The notes: a model not told the origin generated them from the letters alone. 64,000 nt of DNA from Candidatus Latescibacterota bacterium (GCA_965248435.1 OZ252100.1:2304001-2368000); one strand, 5' to 3'; positions 46,818 to 57,486 are shown, counted from the stretch's first letter. Made by a program: numbers and translations.

Positions 46818-46907
46818 CAAAATCGTAGATTGTCGTTCCTCTATTCTGGTTTTCTCTGCACCCTCCGCGTCTCTGCGCTGAAGTTTCCTTCCTTATGCTC
46901 CCACCAT

Positions 46908-47606
46908 TCAATCAGTCATTAAGCGTTCCAGATCGATGTGCCGCTCCACTGACGCGTGCATCTCCCCGAGAAAACCCTTTTCCACATCGACCTCGGAGTC
47001 GAACGGGATCGTACCCAGAGAGGGAATGCCCGAAAGTCGAGTGACGACTTCCGGGCTGGTCTGCGCCGCAGTATCGAGGGGACCCGGCTGTGGGACGCAG
47101 TAGACGACGCCGCACACCTGCAGGTCTCGGGAGGCGGCTGCTTCGAGCGTGAGCAGCGTGTGATTGATCGTTCCGAGGGAGGCTCGGGCGATCACAATCA
47201 GCGGAAGGCCTATCCAGTCCGCCAGATCGGCAACGACGAAATCCTCCCGGATGGGGACGAGCAGCCCGCCTACCCCTTCCACGATCATCCACGAATGTTT
47301 CGAACAGAGTCTCGAAAAGGCCTCCAGCACGCCCTCGAGGTCCACATCTTTCTTTTCGAGACGGGCCGCCACGTTCGGAGAAAGCGGAGCCGCGAACGAC
47401 ACCGGATTGATGTCCTGCATCGCGTCTTGAACACCTGCAGCATGGCGGAGTACGCGGGCATCGTTCGATCCGCCCGTGGACACCGGCTTCATGACCCCGA
47501 CGTCCAGGCCTCGCTCACGGAAGACGCGAACGAGGCCTGCCGCCACGGCCGTCTTTCCCACGCCCGTATCCGTTCCTGCGATGAAGAATCCGCGTGCCAC
47601 ACTCAC
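46908..47606 (-). CDS. bioD: dethiobiotin synthase
   Basis: GTDTGVGKT, MKPV, VEGVGGL and LGTINHTLLT motifs. Confidence 0.95.
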   Translation of the reverse strand: MSVARGFFIAGTDTGVGKTAVAAGLVRVFRERGLDVGVMKPVSTGGSNDARVLRHAAGVQDAMQDINPVSFAAPLSPNVAARLEKKDVDLEGVLEAFSRLCSKHSWMIVEGVGGLLVPIREDFVVADLADWIGLPLIVIARASLGTINHTLLTLEAAASRDLQVCGVVYCVPQPGPLDTAAQTSPEVVTRLSGIPSLGTIPFDSEVDVEKGFLGEMHASVERHIDLERLMTD

Positions 47607-48979
47607 TCCGCCGATGAAGGTTCAGTAACAGCGCGAATCGACCCGCCTGTGATTTCCAGCATTCGATCCAGCTCCGCCATCTGGATGGCGAGGGGAGGCA
47701 TCAGCACGATCGTATTCCCGAGAGGACGGATCAGCAGCCCGCGATCCCGCGCCTCCTGGCACACTTTTGTGCCGATCCGCGCCTCCCACGGATAGGGCCG
47801 TCTGGATTCGCGGTTCTCGACCAGCTCTATTGCCGCGATCAGCCCACACTGCCGAACATCCCCTACTTGTCCCAAATCCTCGAAACGCAAGACGCCCTCA
47901 CGAAGCCGCTCGATCTTGGGCCGCAGGGCGTCCAGCGTGCCTTCCTGTTCAAAGAGTTCCAATGTCGCGAGTGCCGCCGCGCAGCCCAGTGGATTGCCCG
48001 TATAGGTGTGTCCGTGAAAAAACGTTTTTCGATCTTCGAACTCACCCAGAAAGGCCTCGTAGATTCGATCCGAGGCCATCGTCGCCGCGACTGGGAGGTA
48101 GCCCCCGGTGAGCCCCTTCCCGAGACAGAGCAAATCCGGTGAGATACCCTCCCGCTCACACGCGAACATCGTCCCCGTACGGCCGAACCCCGTCGCCACT
48201 TCGTCGGCGATCAAGAGCACGTCATATTCCCGGCAGAGGTCGGCGGCCCGTTTCAGATACCCTTCGGGGTGAACAAGCAGGCCGCCCGCACCCTGGACAA
48301 GTGGCTCCACAACGAACGCGGCGATTCGATCTGCATTCCGCTTCAGAAGGTCCTCCAGCGCAACCTGGCACCCTTCATTGCATTTCCGCGCTTCGGCGCA
48401 GAACGAACATCGGTAGGGGTGAGGCGCGGGCGTGGCGAGGCTCGAAAACAGGAGCGGACGATACACCTCGTGGAACAGCTGGATCCCACCCACGCTCACC
48501 GCCCCGAGCGTGTCGCCGTGGTAGCTCTCCGTAAAATGAAGAAACGTCTCCTTCTCCGGCCGTGGATCTGAACGCTGTCGCCAGTACTGAAGCGCCATCT
48601 TCAGCGCGGCCTCGACCGCAGTCGCGCCGTCATCGGAATAGAAAACGTGCGTCAGACCGGGAGGCGCAAGGTCAACGAGCTTCTCGGCGAGCCGGATTGC
48701 GGGCACGTTGGAGAGCCCCAGAAGCGTGCTGTGAGCCACCTTGTCAAGCTGATCCCGGATCGCGTCATCGATCGCGCGAACCCGGTGACCGTGCACGTTG
48801 CACCACATAGAAGAAAACCCATCCAGATAGCGCTTACCGTCGATATCCTCCAGATAAACGCCGTCCGCACGGGCGATGACCACCGGCACCTCCTGGGCGT
48901 AGTCCTGCATCTGCGTGAACGGATGCCAGACGAGCTGCCGGTCCAGATCCTTCAGGCGGGTCTTTTCTTCGGGGGTCAT
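47603..48979 (-). CDS. bioA: adenosylmethionine-8-amino-7-oxononanoate aminotransferase
   Basis: WHPFTQM, YHGDT, DEVATGFGRTG, GKGLTGGYLP and FFHGHTY motifs. Confidence 0.95.
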   Translation of the reverse strand: MTPEEKTRLKDLDRQLVWHPFTQMQDYAQEVPVVIARADGVYLEDIDGKRYLDGFSSMWCNVHGHRVRAIDDAIRDQLDKVAHSTLLGLSNVPAIRLAEKLVDLAPPGLTHVFYSDDGATAVEAALKMALQYWRQRSDPRPEKETFLHFTESYHGDTLGAVSVGGIQLFHEVYRPLLFSSLATPAPHPYRCSFCAEARKCNEGCQVALEDLLKRNADRIAAFVVEPLVQGAGGLLVHPEGYLKRAADLCREYDVLLIADEVATGFGRTGTMFACEREGISPDLLCLGKGLTGGYLPVAATMASDRIYEAFLGEFEDRKTFFHGHTYTGNPLGCAAALATLELFEQEGTLDALRPKIERLREGVLRFEDLGQVGDVRQCGLIAAIELVENRESRRPYPWEARIGTKVCQEARDRGLLIRPLGNTIVLMPPLAIQMAELDRMLEITGGSIRAVTEPSSAE

Positions 48980-49175
48980 GGAAGCGTTGTCTGACTGGCT
49001 GTCAAAAGACCGCGGGATAGATTGCTTTTAGACTCTGACGGTCCGTCGTCCGCCCCCTCGGCGATGCTCGGGGCAGGCCTCTGTCGTCGCGCAAGGCGGT
49101 TTTTGTGCATAACCTAAAGGGGGTCGTGACCTTCTGGACCCCCTGCCTCCGTAAACGTACTTGGTGACTTTCTTC

Positions 49176-50105
49176 TTACTGTCGCTTCGCGCCCATTCCC
49201 TCCAGCGTCGCCTTGGACATCTTGCAGACCATAGTATAGGCCGGATCGAACACGTTCCCTATATCGTACTCCACGGCCTGCCCCATCAGCGCGTGAACGG
49301 TGAGGGTATCCAGGCCGAAATCCTCCTGCAGCCAGCGCACCATCTCCGTCGTCGCGTGTTGTACGCACTGGTCGAGGGGTCGCGCGTTCCCAACCGTCAT
49401 GACGTGTGTATCATTCTCCGCTCGCGGCCAGGCGATCGTCTTACCCTTGAGGAGCCTCACGGAAAACGTCACGTCGAACGACGTCTCGATCCCGGTCCCC
49501 ACGATCTCTCCATCCCCCTGCAGCGCGTGACCATCCCCCAGGTGGAAGAGGGCACCCGCGACGGCTACCGGTAGATAGATGGTGACCCCCTCCACGAACC
49601 CACGATAATCCATATTCCCGCCGTGCGTCGATGAGGTCGCTGTCGAGATCGCCTGTCCGCCAGGCGGGGCCACGCCAAAGCAGCCGAGCATCGGGCGAAG
49701 CGGAAGCCTCAGGTCACTGAGCGGAGGGGAGACATTCATCGGGCTGGCGACCCCCTGCTCCAGATCGATCTCCCACTCGATCTTTACGACCTTCTCCTCG
49801 AAGCGCGGGACATATCCAAAGTCGAGCACATTGGGTGCGATCGGACCACCCGTGAATCCCACCTTTCGGTTTGGCGTCAAACGGTCGAACGTCACTGCGA
49901 GGGCGTCACCCGTCTCCGCACCCTCGACGAAAAACGGACCGGTTTGCGGATTTCCCCGCGCGGTGACGGCCTCACCGCTCGAATCACCTCCTCGTGCGTC
50001 CACCGTCGTCGTCGAGACGGCATCACCGTCCGAAATCTCCAGCACCGGCTCGTGGGAACCAATCGCTGTATGATAGACCTCAGGTGCAAATTCATGATGC
50101 GCCAT
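49176..50105 (-). CDS. acetamidase/formamidase family protein
   Basis: NPQTGPFFVEGA, HGGNMD and GDGHALQGDGE motifs. Confidence 0.92.
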   Translation of the reverse strand: MAHHEFAPEVYHTAIGSHEPVLEISDGDAVSTTTVDARGGDSSGEAVTARGNPQTGPFFVEGAETGDALAVTFDRLTPNRKVGFTGGPIAPNVLDFGYVPRFEEKVVKIEWEIDLEQGVASPMNVSPPLSDLRLPLRPMLGCFGVAPPGGQAISTATSSTHGGNMDYRGFVEGVTIYLPVAVAGALFHLGDGHALQGDGEIVGTGIETSFDVTFSVRLLKGKTIAWPRAENDTHVMTVGNARPLDQCVQHATTEMVRWLQEDFGLDTLTVHALMGQAVEYDIGNVFDPAYTMVCKMSKATLEGMGAKRQ

Positions 50106-50141
50106 TGAATCCCCGATTGTTTAGCCGCAATTTACCTTCAT

Positions 50142-51098
50142 CTATTCCTGGCAGGCAATCATCCCGATCGCTTCAGGCGCCTCCCAGAACGTCTCCCAGC
50201 TTCCTCCCGCATCATCACTCCGAAAAAGCAGTTGACCCACCGCCGCCCACGCCTTCCCATCCTTCGAAAACACCACCTGAAAGGTGTCGATGTTGCCGTT
50301 CGTGGAAGACGGAAACCCCTCGGTCACGTGGGTCCAGCTTCTCCCCGCATCCTCCGATCGAAACATCCGCCCTTCCGCACCCCTTCCAGGCCCACGGCTC
50401 ACCGTGGCCAGCAGGCAATCCGGCTCGTCGGGATGCACCGCGATCGCGCGACCGTAGTGGAACGGCAGACCCTCGGCCCGATGATCCCACGAATCACCCC
50501 GGTCTTCGCTCACGTAAATCGCGTCGGCCGTATTCGCATAGACCCGATCCAACAGTCGAGGCGATGTCGCCACCTGGTGGACATCTTCGTGAAGATCGGG
50601 TGTGACCGGCTCCCAGGATACCCCGAGGTCGGACGATCTCATGATGCTGCCAACGTGAACATCCGCATAGACCCAGCCATCCCGTGTGGCGGCGAAACTC
50701 CGGAGTTCGGGGGGGCTTCCGTAGGGCGTGTACCATTCATCCCGGCATTCCAACAGGTCGAAGGCCGCATTTCGCTCCATCAGGCCGGCACGATACCTGT
50801 AAATGTGGGGGCCTTCGGTTCCGATCAGCAGATGAAGCGGATCGTCCTCCAGAATGATCACAGATTCGATCGACTCGTCGATCTCGGTTTCGATTCGCTG
50901 TTCCCGGTCATCTGAAAGGAGAACGATCTCTCCAGAGGTCAGCGCGATCACGCAGGCCCCTTTCTCTTCCGCCACACGCCCGACGTCGCCCTCGAAACGG
51001 ACTTGAGGTGCGCCCGGACCCCCACGCTCATCCAAAAAGAAAACAGCCGATGGTGTAGAAACCAGCACTGGCGATCCTCCTTCAATAGTCTCCCGCAA
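50142..51098 (-). CDS. BNR/Asp-box repeat beta-propeller protein
   Basis: Four Asp-box repeats (SSDLGVSW, SEDRGDSW, SEDAGRSW, SDDAGGSW); DVHVG and DVHQV. Confidence 0.8.
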   Translation of the reverse strand: MRETIEGGSPVLVSTPSAVFFLDERGGPGAPQVRFEGDVGRVAEEKGACVIALTSGEIVLLSDDREQRIETEIDESIESVIILEDDPLHLLIGTEGPHIYRYRAGLMERNAAFDLLECRDEWYTPYGSPPELRSFAATRDGWVYADVHVGSIMRSSDLGVSWEPVTPDLHEDVHQVATSPRLLDRVYANTADAIYVSEDRGDSWDHRAEGLPFHYGRAIAVHPDEPDCLLATVSRGPGRGAEGRMFRSEDAGRSWTHVTEGFPSSTNGNIDTFQVVFSKDGKAWAAVGQLLFRSDDAGGSWETFWEAPEAIGMIACQE

Positions 51099-51171
51099 CG
51101 CTTCATCAATTTAGTCCTGGTCGCGGCTTTGACAAAAGCCAAAATGTCAGGGCCTGGGGTGCACCGGTTTC

Positions 51172-51201
51172 TTGACACCCCAGGATAGGTGACTATATAC
51201 T
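51172..51201 (+). promoter_or_regulatory. putative sigma70 promoter for the MBL gene
   Basis: TTGACA-N18-TATACT about 55 nt upstream of the ATG. Confidence 0.5.
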
Positions 51202-51255
51202 ATCCCGGTTGTTTAGAATCCATTTACCCGATATCTGAAACACATTCAGCCCATT

Positions 51256-53790
51256 ATGAGACTTCACTTCCTCGGGGGCGCCGACGAAATCGGTGCTTCG
51301 TGCACACTCGTCGAGATGGATGGCCATCGGGTCCTCGTAGATGCAGGGATCCGGATGGGCGCATCCCCCGGCGCGCACCTCCCCAACTTCTCCGCCCTGG
51401 ATGAGTTCGGGCCGCCGGATGAAGTCCTCGTCACCCACGCCCATACAGATCACACGGGCGCGCTTCCCGTCCTCGTCGCGGGACTCCCTCCTGACGTTCC
51501 CATCCGAATGACCGCACCGACTGCCGTGATCACCCGGGTCCTGCTGGGTGACGCCTTGAAGATCATGGAAAAGCGAGGCGAGCGCGACGGCGAACTCCCC
51601 CTCTATCCCCCTGAGGCAGTCGACGTCTGCCTGAGCAGAATCACGAGTGTACCCACGCTCGCGACGCTTCCGATCTGCGAAGGAAAGCTGAGTGCCACGT
51701 GGATCCCTGCGGGACACATCCTCGGCGCGGCCTCGATCTACATCGAAGGTCAAACGGAGGGGCTCTTGATGACCGGGGACGTCTCGGTGTCCGAGCAACA
51801 GACCATTCCGGGCATGATCGTACCTCAGTGCAGGCCGGACGTCGTCGTGATGGAGTCCACCTACGGAGACCGACAGCACGCAGACCGCAGCCAGCAGGAG
51901 ACATCTCTCGCCTTGCGCGTGGCCGAAGCGGTGGAATCCGGGGGTAAAGTCCTGATCCCGGCGTTCGCCGTGGGCCGCGCCCAGGAAGTGATTCTCATCC
52001 TATCGGGCGCGATGCGCGACGGCTTGGTCCAACCCTTTCCCCTTTACGTAGATGGGATGGTCCGCTCGGTGAACGCCGTTTACGCCGGATTTTCGGACGA
52101 ACTGGCCCCGAGACTGCGCCGGCGAATTCAAAAAGGAGACGATTCCTTCACTTCAGGGTTCGTCACCACGGTGGCTGACCACACGGATCGGGATCGCATC
52201 CTCAAGGGACCCCCCTGCTGCATCGTGGCGAGCTCCGGGATGCTCATCGGGGGCGCGTCCAGCTTCTATGCGGAGCGCCTCTCGGATCAACCCGAGAACC
52301 TGATCGCGATAACCGGCTACCAGGACGAGGAGTCTCCTGGCCGCGCGCTTTTGGCGCTCGCGAAGACGAAGGACAAGAATCGGACCCTCACCCTGAACGG
52401 CCGAAGAATTTCTGTCGAATGCAGCGTCGAAACCTATTCCCTCTCCGCACACGCCGACGGCGGACAGCTCGCCGCTCTGGCCAGACGCCTTTCTCCAAGG
52501 TCGGTCCATCTCGTCCACGGCAGCCCCGAAGCGCGAGCTGCCCTTGCCTCGATGATGGACCTCCACCTCCCCGAAGGCGTCCACCTTCCCGGAAACGGAA
52601 CCACAAGCGAAAGTGCGGGACAGACTGCGATAGGCACGCTACGCTACGGCCATCTCGTCTCCGTGAGAGGTCTCCTGGACGGAGGTGCAGCCGACAACAC
52701 GACGCTCGACAGTGCGCGCGGTTACCTGATGGAGGCGGGCGCAAAGGGCCCCTTTCGCGTCCAGGACCTTGCCGAAGTCTGTTACGGAACGGACCAGCTT
52801 CACCAAGTCGACCTCGAAGCCTTCAGAGAACTTCTGGAAAGTTCTCAGAGATCGTTCTCGCCGGACCGCCGGCGTCCCTACCCCTTCCACATTGCGCCCG
52901 ATCCAGGCGAAGGGCGGACCTCGGGTCCGATGGAGATGAATCAGGCCAGGGACAAAATCCAGGACGCCTTCCCCCCTGAGGCGGGTCTGTTCAAATGCAG
53001 CGCCTTCGTCGAGGACCATACCTACGAACTCGCCTTTCACTTTCCGGACGTCGTTTCTTCTCGCTACGGAGACCGCATCCAGGAACTCGAATCAGAAACC
53101 GGATGGAAGATCACGCTGCGCAAGACGCCTCACCAGGAAAGAGTCTTCCAGGAGGCCCGATCGGCGGTACCGGAAGGAGTCTCACCCACAAAGCCACCCG
53201 CGCTGCGCCTCGATGAGCGAAGCGTATCCGTCGAAGTGGTCGTACCCCGGGAACTCGAAGCGGACTGGGAGGGTCTCGCAGAGGATGCGAGTCGCTCCTT
53301 TGAGCAGACGACGGGCTATCGGCTGATGCTCCGCCGTCCAGGGGAGCCTGCATCAGGAACCGAAGTGGGCGCGCCTGAAGGAGCCCTCGAAATCAATCAC
53401 GCCTACGCCGAAATCCGAAGCGCCTTCCGTCATGAAAGCCACGCCCCTAACAGGATCGGCCTCAAGTCCGGGAGTGACGAATCTTACCTCGAAGTCTCGT
53501 TTATCTCACCCGCCGTTGGCGCCCGCTACCGCGAACGGCTTGACGCACTCTCATCGAGCATCGGCTGGCCGATCGCCGTCCGCGAATCGGCCCACCAGGA
53601 ACAGATCGCCGGCGAGGCCTTGAAGATCACGCCGGACGCGTGTCAGGCGCAGGGCGCACCCAGGCTCTTCGTGAGCGAGCAGAAGGTGGTCGTTCACGTG
53701 CTCCAGACCCCCGAGCCGGACGAACAGTCGGCCCTTCAACAGGCCTTCCTGGAGGCTACGGGCTTCCAAATCTCGTGGGAGACCCGATAA
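51256..53790 (+). CDS. beta-CASP metallo-beta-lactamase nuclease (CPSF73/Ysh1-like) with a duplicated C-terminal extension
   Basis: GGADEIGASC, THAHTDHTG, AGHILGA, MESTYG, PAFAVGRAQE, SSGML, GYQDEESPGR, SAHAD and VHG motifs. Confidence 0.9.
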   Translation: MRLHFLGGADEIGASCTLVEMDGHRVLVDAGIRMGASPGAHLPNFSALDEFGPPDEVLVTHAHTDHTGALPVLVAGLPPDVPIRMTAPTAVITRVLLGDALKIMEKRGERDGELPLYPPEAVDVCLSRITSVPTLATLPICEGKLSATWIPAGHILGAASIYIEGQTEGLLMTGDVSVSEQQTIPGMIVPQCRPDVVVMESTYGDRQHADRSQQETSLALRVAEAVESGGKVLIPAFAVGRAQEVILILSGAMRDGLVQPFPLYVDGMVRSVNAVYAGFSDELAPRLRRRIQKGDDSFTSGFVTTVADHTDRDRILKGPPCCIVASSGMLIGGASSFYAERLSDQPENLIAITGYQDEESPGRALLALAKTKDKNRTLTLNGRRISVECSVETYSLSAHADGGQLAALARRLSPRSVHLVHGSPEARAALASMMDLHLPEGVHLPGNGTTSESAGQTAIGTLRYGHLVSVRGLLDGGAADNTTLDSARGYLMEAGAKGPFRVQDLAEVCYGTDQLHQVDLEAFRELLESSQRSFSPDRRRPYPFHIAPDPGEGRTSGPMEMNQARDKIQDAFPPEAGLFKCSAFVEDHTYELAFHFPDVVSSRYGDRIQELESETGWKITLRKTPHQERVFQEARSAVPEGVSPTKPPALRLDERSVSVEVVVPRELEADWEGLAEDASRSFEQTTGYRLMLRRPGEPASGTEVGAPEGALEINHAYAEIRSAFRHESHAPNRIGLKSGSDESYLEVSFISPAVGARYRERLDALSSSIGWPIAVRESAHQEQIAGEALKITPDACQAQGAPRLFVSEQKVVVHVLQTPEPDEQSALQQAFLEATGFQISWETR

Positions 53791-53867
53791 TTCCAGTTTG
53801 GTAGTTCTGAGTCATTCACCTTTCGCAGAACGAGTTACGTACTCTTACCGAATTCATACGCCCCAGA

Positions 53868-53906
53868 AACGAATTTTTATTCTTGCCTTTTGAATAAAAA
53901 TTCTTA
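53868..53906 (+). promoter_or_regulatory. tandem ARG boxes (ArgR operator)
   Basis: aaCGAATttttATTCTtg and ttTGAATaaaaATTCTta: two 18 bp boxes separated by 3 bp, directly upstream of argR. Confidence 0.8.
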
Positions 53907-53952
53907 TATTCATACAGGTCCACGTTCCCTGTTCGCCCTTCCCCTACTCGTT

Positions 53953-54417
53953 ATGAACGGAAAGAAGAAACGACATCAACAGATCCTTGACCTGATCGCC
54001 TCAAGGCCGATCGGGAGCCAGGAGTCGCTGGAAAAGGCGTTGAGCGAAGTCGGGATCGCCACGACCCAGTCCACGCTGTCCAAGGACATGAGGGAGTTGG
54101 GTGTCGTCAAAGTTCCCGAAGGCGCGGGCTTCAGATATCAAGGGCCGGCTGCGGGAACGGCCCCTCCATTCCGTGAGGACATGCTCCAGAGGGAGCTCAC
54201 CGACTTTGTGGTCGAGCTGGGCCGGGCGCAAAACATCCTCGCCGTTAAGACCACTACGGGACACGCCCAGGGTGTCTGCGAAGCGATCGATCGGGCGGCG
54301 TGGCACGAAGTGGTTGGCACCCTGGCCGGGGAGAATACAATATTCATTCTCTGCCGGTCCGAAGCAGAATGCAAGGCGCTGCAGAGAAGGATCCTCGAAA
54401 CCACGGGAGAAGCGTGA
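53953..54417 (+). CDS. argR: arginine repressor
   Basis: TQSTLSKDMREL and VVGTLAGENTI motifs; ATG at 53953. Confidence 0.93.
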   Translation: MNGKKKRHQQILDLIASRPIGSQESLEKALSEVGIATTQSTLSKDMRELGVVKVPEGAGFRYQGPAAGTAPPFREDMLQRELTDFVVELGRAQNILAVKTTTGHAQGVCEAIDRAAWHEVVGTLAGENTIFILCRSEAECKALQRRILETTGEA

Positions 54418-55376
54418 AACCTCTGATGAACGTCGCCCTGATCGGCGATACCGGCATCGTCGGTCAGGAAATCCAGAACGTCCTAAGTCATCATGACGGG
54501 GTGGAAGTCGCCTTTCGGCAGAATTCGAAGCGTAGCGAAGGTCGGCTGGACGACTGCGAATTCGTCTTCCTCGCGACTCGAGACGCGGAATCCATGGCCC
54601 TGGCTCCCGAGATGGTCGCCGCGGGAAAGCGGGTCGTCGATACGAGCGGAGCCTTTCGACTCCCCAAAATGAAATTCGAACAGTGGTATCAGTTGGAGCA
54701 CCAGGCCCCGGAACTCCTCAATGAGGCCGTCTACGGAATGCCGGCACTCTTCGGCGATCGCATCTCAGAGGCCAGACTCGTTGGAAATCCCGGATGTTAT
54801 CCGACAAGCGTGATCCTGCCCCTGCATCCGCTGAAGACCCTCGTCAAGGGAGAAGCAACGGTCGTGGCCACCTCCGGCATCTCCGGGGCGCGGAGGGAGG
54901 TAGAGGATGAGCCGAACGAATTGACCTATAACTATGGACGGAGACACAAGCACGTCCCCGAGATGGTTTGCTACTCCGGCTTCGAGGTGAACTTTACCCC
55001 GATCGTCCTCCATTCCGTGTTTCGTGGAATCAACGCCAACATTCGGATCGAGCTGGAAGACCGGATCAAGTCCCTTTCAGATGAGGAAGCGGCGCGGGGG
55101 CTCGAGGAGGCGATATCCAACACTTATGTCCCTGAAGACCTCGTGGAAGTCGTTCAGGATTCTGATGAAAGACAGTGGGGAACGAAGGAGGTCGTAGACA
55201 CACACCGACTCCTTGTCAAGGTCCGGGTGGATGACGGATTCGCTTACATCTGTTCGATGGAAGACAACCTGGGCAAAGGCGCGGCCAGCCAGGCCGTAGA
55301 GAACATGAACCTGATGCTGGGTCTCCCGCGGCTCTCTGGAATCGAAGCCGCATACGGAGAAACGCTTCAACACTGA
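54414..55376 (+). CDS. argC: N-acetyl-gamma-glutamyl-phosphate reductase
   Basis: DTSGAFR, GNPGCYPT, SGISGA and DNLGKGAASQAVENMN motifs; GTG overlaps the argR stop. Confidence 0.92.
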   Translation: MKPLMNVALIGDTGIVGQEIQNVLSHHDGVEVAFRQNSKRSEGRLDDCEFVFLATRDAESMALAPEMVAAGKRVVDTSGAFRLPKMKFEQWYQLEHQAPELLNEAVYGMPALFGDRISEARLVGNPGCYPTSVILPLHPLKTLVKGEATVVATSGISGARREVEDEPNELTYNYGRRHKHVPEMVCYSGFEVNFTPIVLHSVFRGINANIRIELEDRIKSLSDEEAARGLEEAISNTYVPEDLVEVVQDSDERQWGTKEVVDTHRLLVKVRVDDGFAYICSMEDNLGKGAASQAVENMNLMLGLPRLSGIEAAYGETLQH

Positions 55377-55393
55377 ACTTCCGGCTGAAAACA

Positions 55394-56278
55394 ATGGACA
55401 AATCGATCGAAAAGGCCGCCACCCTCGTAGAGGCCTTTCCCTACATCAGGGCCTTCCGCGGGAAAATCGTCGTCGTCAAGTACGGGGGCAGCGCGCAGCC
55501 TGCAGAGGGTGGCTCGTCCACGATCCTGGAGGATCTTGTCTTCATGGAGACGGTCGGCATGCGGCCCGTGGTGGTACACGGCGGCGGAAAAGAGATCAGC
55601 CGTCGCCTTTCGGAAGCCGGCATCGCTTCCACCTGGGTGAATGGTCTGCGCGTCACGGATGCCGACACGATGAGGGTCGTGGAAGAAACCCTGTTTGGCG
55701 TCGTGAATCGCCGGATCGTAGAAGGAATCGAGGCCCTCGGCGGAAGCGCGCAGGGGTTGTCTTCAAAAGAGGCAGAAATCATTCACGTCGGCAAGCATCT
55801 CGCGAAGACAGAGGTAAACGGCAAGACAGAGACCGTGGATATCGGGTTTGTGGGAGATGTCCGGCGCGTAGACGCCGAGCCCATTCGGACCGTTTGTGAG
55901 AAAGAGACCATACCGGTCGTGGCCCCCATCGGACTCGGTCCGGATAAACAACATTATAATGTAAATGCAGACACGGCGGCGGGAGAGGTCGCCCGGGCAC
56001 TCGGCGCGGAGAAGCTCGTCTTTCTGAGCGACGTAAACGGGATTTTCCGAGACGGCTCGGACCCGAACTCCAGGATCTCTACACTTCACCTGAATGAAAT
56101 CGACGCCCTCGTGGATGATGGAACGGTCAGCGGGGGCATGATTCCAAAGATTCGCGCGTGCGTAAGGTCAGTAGAAGGCGGCGTCCACAAGACGCATATC
56201 ATCGACGGGCGGCTGCCCCACGCCCTCCTGATGGAGATCTTCACACGCGAAGGGGTCGGCACAGAAATCGTCACGTGA
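55394..56278 (+). CDS. argB: acetylglutamate kinase
   Basis: VKYGGS, VVHGGG, GLRVTD, NVNADTAA and GGMIPK motifs. Confidence 0.96.
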   Translation: MDKSIEKAATLVEAFPYIRAFRGKIVVVKYGGSAQPAEGGSSTILEDLVFMETVGMRPVVVHGGGKEISRRLSEAGIASTWVNGLRVTDADTMRVVEETLFGVVNRRIVEGIEALGGSAQGLSSKEAEIIHVGKHLAKTEVNGKTETVDIGFVGDVRRVDAEPIRTVCEKETIPVVAPIGLGPDKQHYNVNADTAAGEVARALGAEKLVFLSDVNGIFRDGSDPNSRISTLHLNEIDALVDDGTVSGGMIPKIRACVRSVEGGVHKTHIIDGRLPHALLMEIFTREGVGTEIVT

Positions 56279-56286
56279 GGGTGGAC

Positions 56287-57486
56287 ATGGATACCAAACA
56301 GATCATCGAACTCGAGAAGAAATACATCCTGCAGACCTACGGGCGTCCCGATTTCGTCCTGGAGCGGGGCGATGGCTTTCATCTCTTCGACACTGAGGGG
56401 AAGCGCTATCTGGATTTTGTGAGTGGCCTGTCCGTGAACGCTCTTGGCTACAATGACGCGGCGATCCTGGAGACGATGCAGAAGCAGGCCCACCAACTCA
56501 TCCACGTCTCCAACCTCTACCATACGATTCCTGCCCCCAGGCTTGCTCAAATGCTTTGCGAAAGTTCCTTCGCGGATCGCGCGTTCTTCTGCAACAGCGG
56601 CACTGAGTCCTGGGAGGCGGCGTTGAAGTTCGCCCGCAAGTGGGGGTTCAAGACCTTTCCGGATGCGCCCAAAAACAAATTCATCGCAATGAACAACTCC
56701 TTTCACGGGCGCACGCTTGGGTCGATCTCGACCACCGGTCAACCCAAGTTCCACAAAGGGTTCGAGCCCCTCCTGCCGGGCATCGCCTTCGCTGATCTGA
56801 ACGACCTGGAGTCCGTCGAAAAGCTGATGGATGGGCAGACCGCGGCCGTGCTCGTAGAGCCGCTCCAGGCCGAAGGCGGCATTCATTCATCAGAGCCGGA
56901 CTTCCTCCGAGGACTCAGAACACTCTGCGATGAGATGAAGGCCCTGCTGATCTTCGATGAGATCCAGTGCGGGCTCGGCCGAACCGGTTCACTCTTCTGT
57001 TATGAGCAGTATGGTGTCGAGCCCGACATCATGACCCTCGCAAAGCCTCTGGCGGGCGGACTCCCCATCGGCGTGACGCTCTTGAGACAGTCCGTCGCGG
57101 ATGCCATCGATGCCGGGGATCACGCAGCGACGTTCGGGGCGCATCCCGTCTCCTGTGCGGTCGCGATCGAGGTCTTCAGTCGGCTCTCCCAACCCGACTT
57201 TCTGGCCGAAATCAAGTCCAAGGGTGAACACCTCCGCTCCGAATTGGAGGGTTTGATGCAACGCTTTCCCGAAAAGATCACGGAGATACGGGGGAAGGGC
57301 CTGATCGCGGGCGCCGTGATGAAAGAGACCGCCGCAGGAGATCTGGTCGGGGCGTTCCGGGAGCGGGACATCCTCGTTTGTATCGCCGGTCCCGAGGTCG
57401 TCCGTTTTCTCCCACCCCTGGTCGTCGGCGTCGAACAGATAGATGAAGCGATCCAGGCCTTCGAAAACATTCTGAAAGAGATCTAG
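56287..57486 (+). CDS. argD: acetylornithine aminotransferase
   Basis: HVSNLY, CNSGTE, SFHGRT, DEIQCGLGRTG and AKPLAGG motifs. Confidence 0.93.
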   Translation: MDTKQIIELEKKYILQTYGRPDFVLERGDGFHLFDTEGKRYLDFVSGLSVNALGYNDAAILETMQKQAHQLIHVSNLYHTIPAPRLAQMLCESSFADRAFFCNSGTESWEAALKFARKWGFKTFPDAPKNKFIAMNNSFHGRTLGSISTTGQPKFHKGFEPLLPGIAFADLNDLESVEKLMDGQTAAVLVEPLQAEGGIHSSEPDFLRGLRTLCDEMKALLIFDEIQCGLGRTGSLFCYEQYGVEPDIMTLAKPLAGGLPIGVTLLRQSVADAIDAGDHAATFGAHPVSCAVAIEVFSRLSQPDFLAEIKSKGEHLRSELEGLMQRFPEKITEIRGKGLIAGAVMKETAAGDLVGAFRERDILVCIAGPEVVRFLPPLVVGVEQIDEAIQAFENILKEI

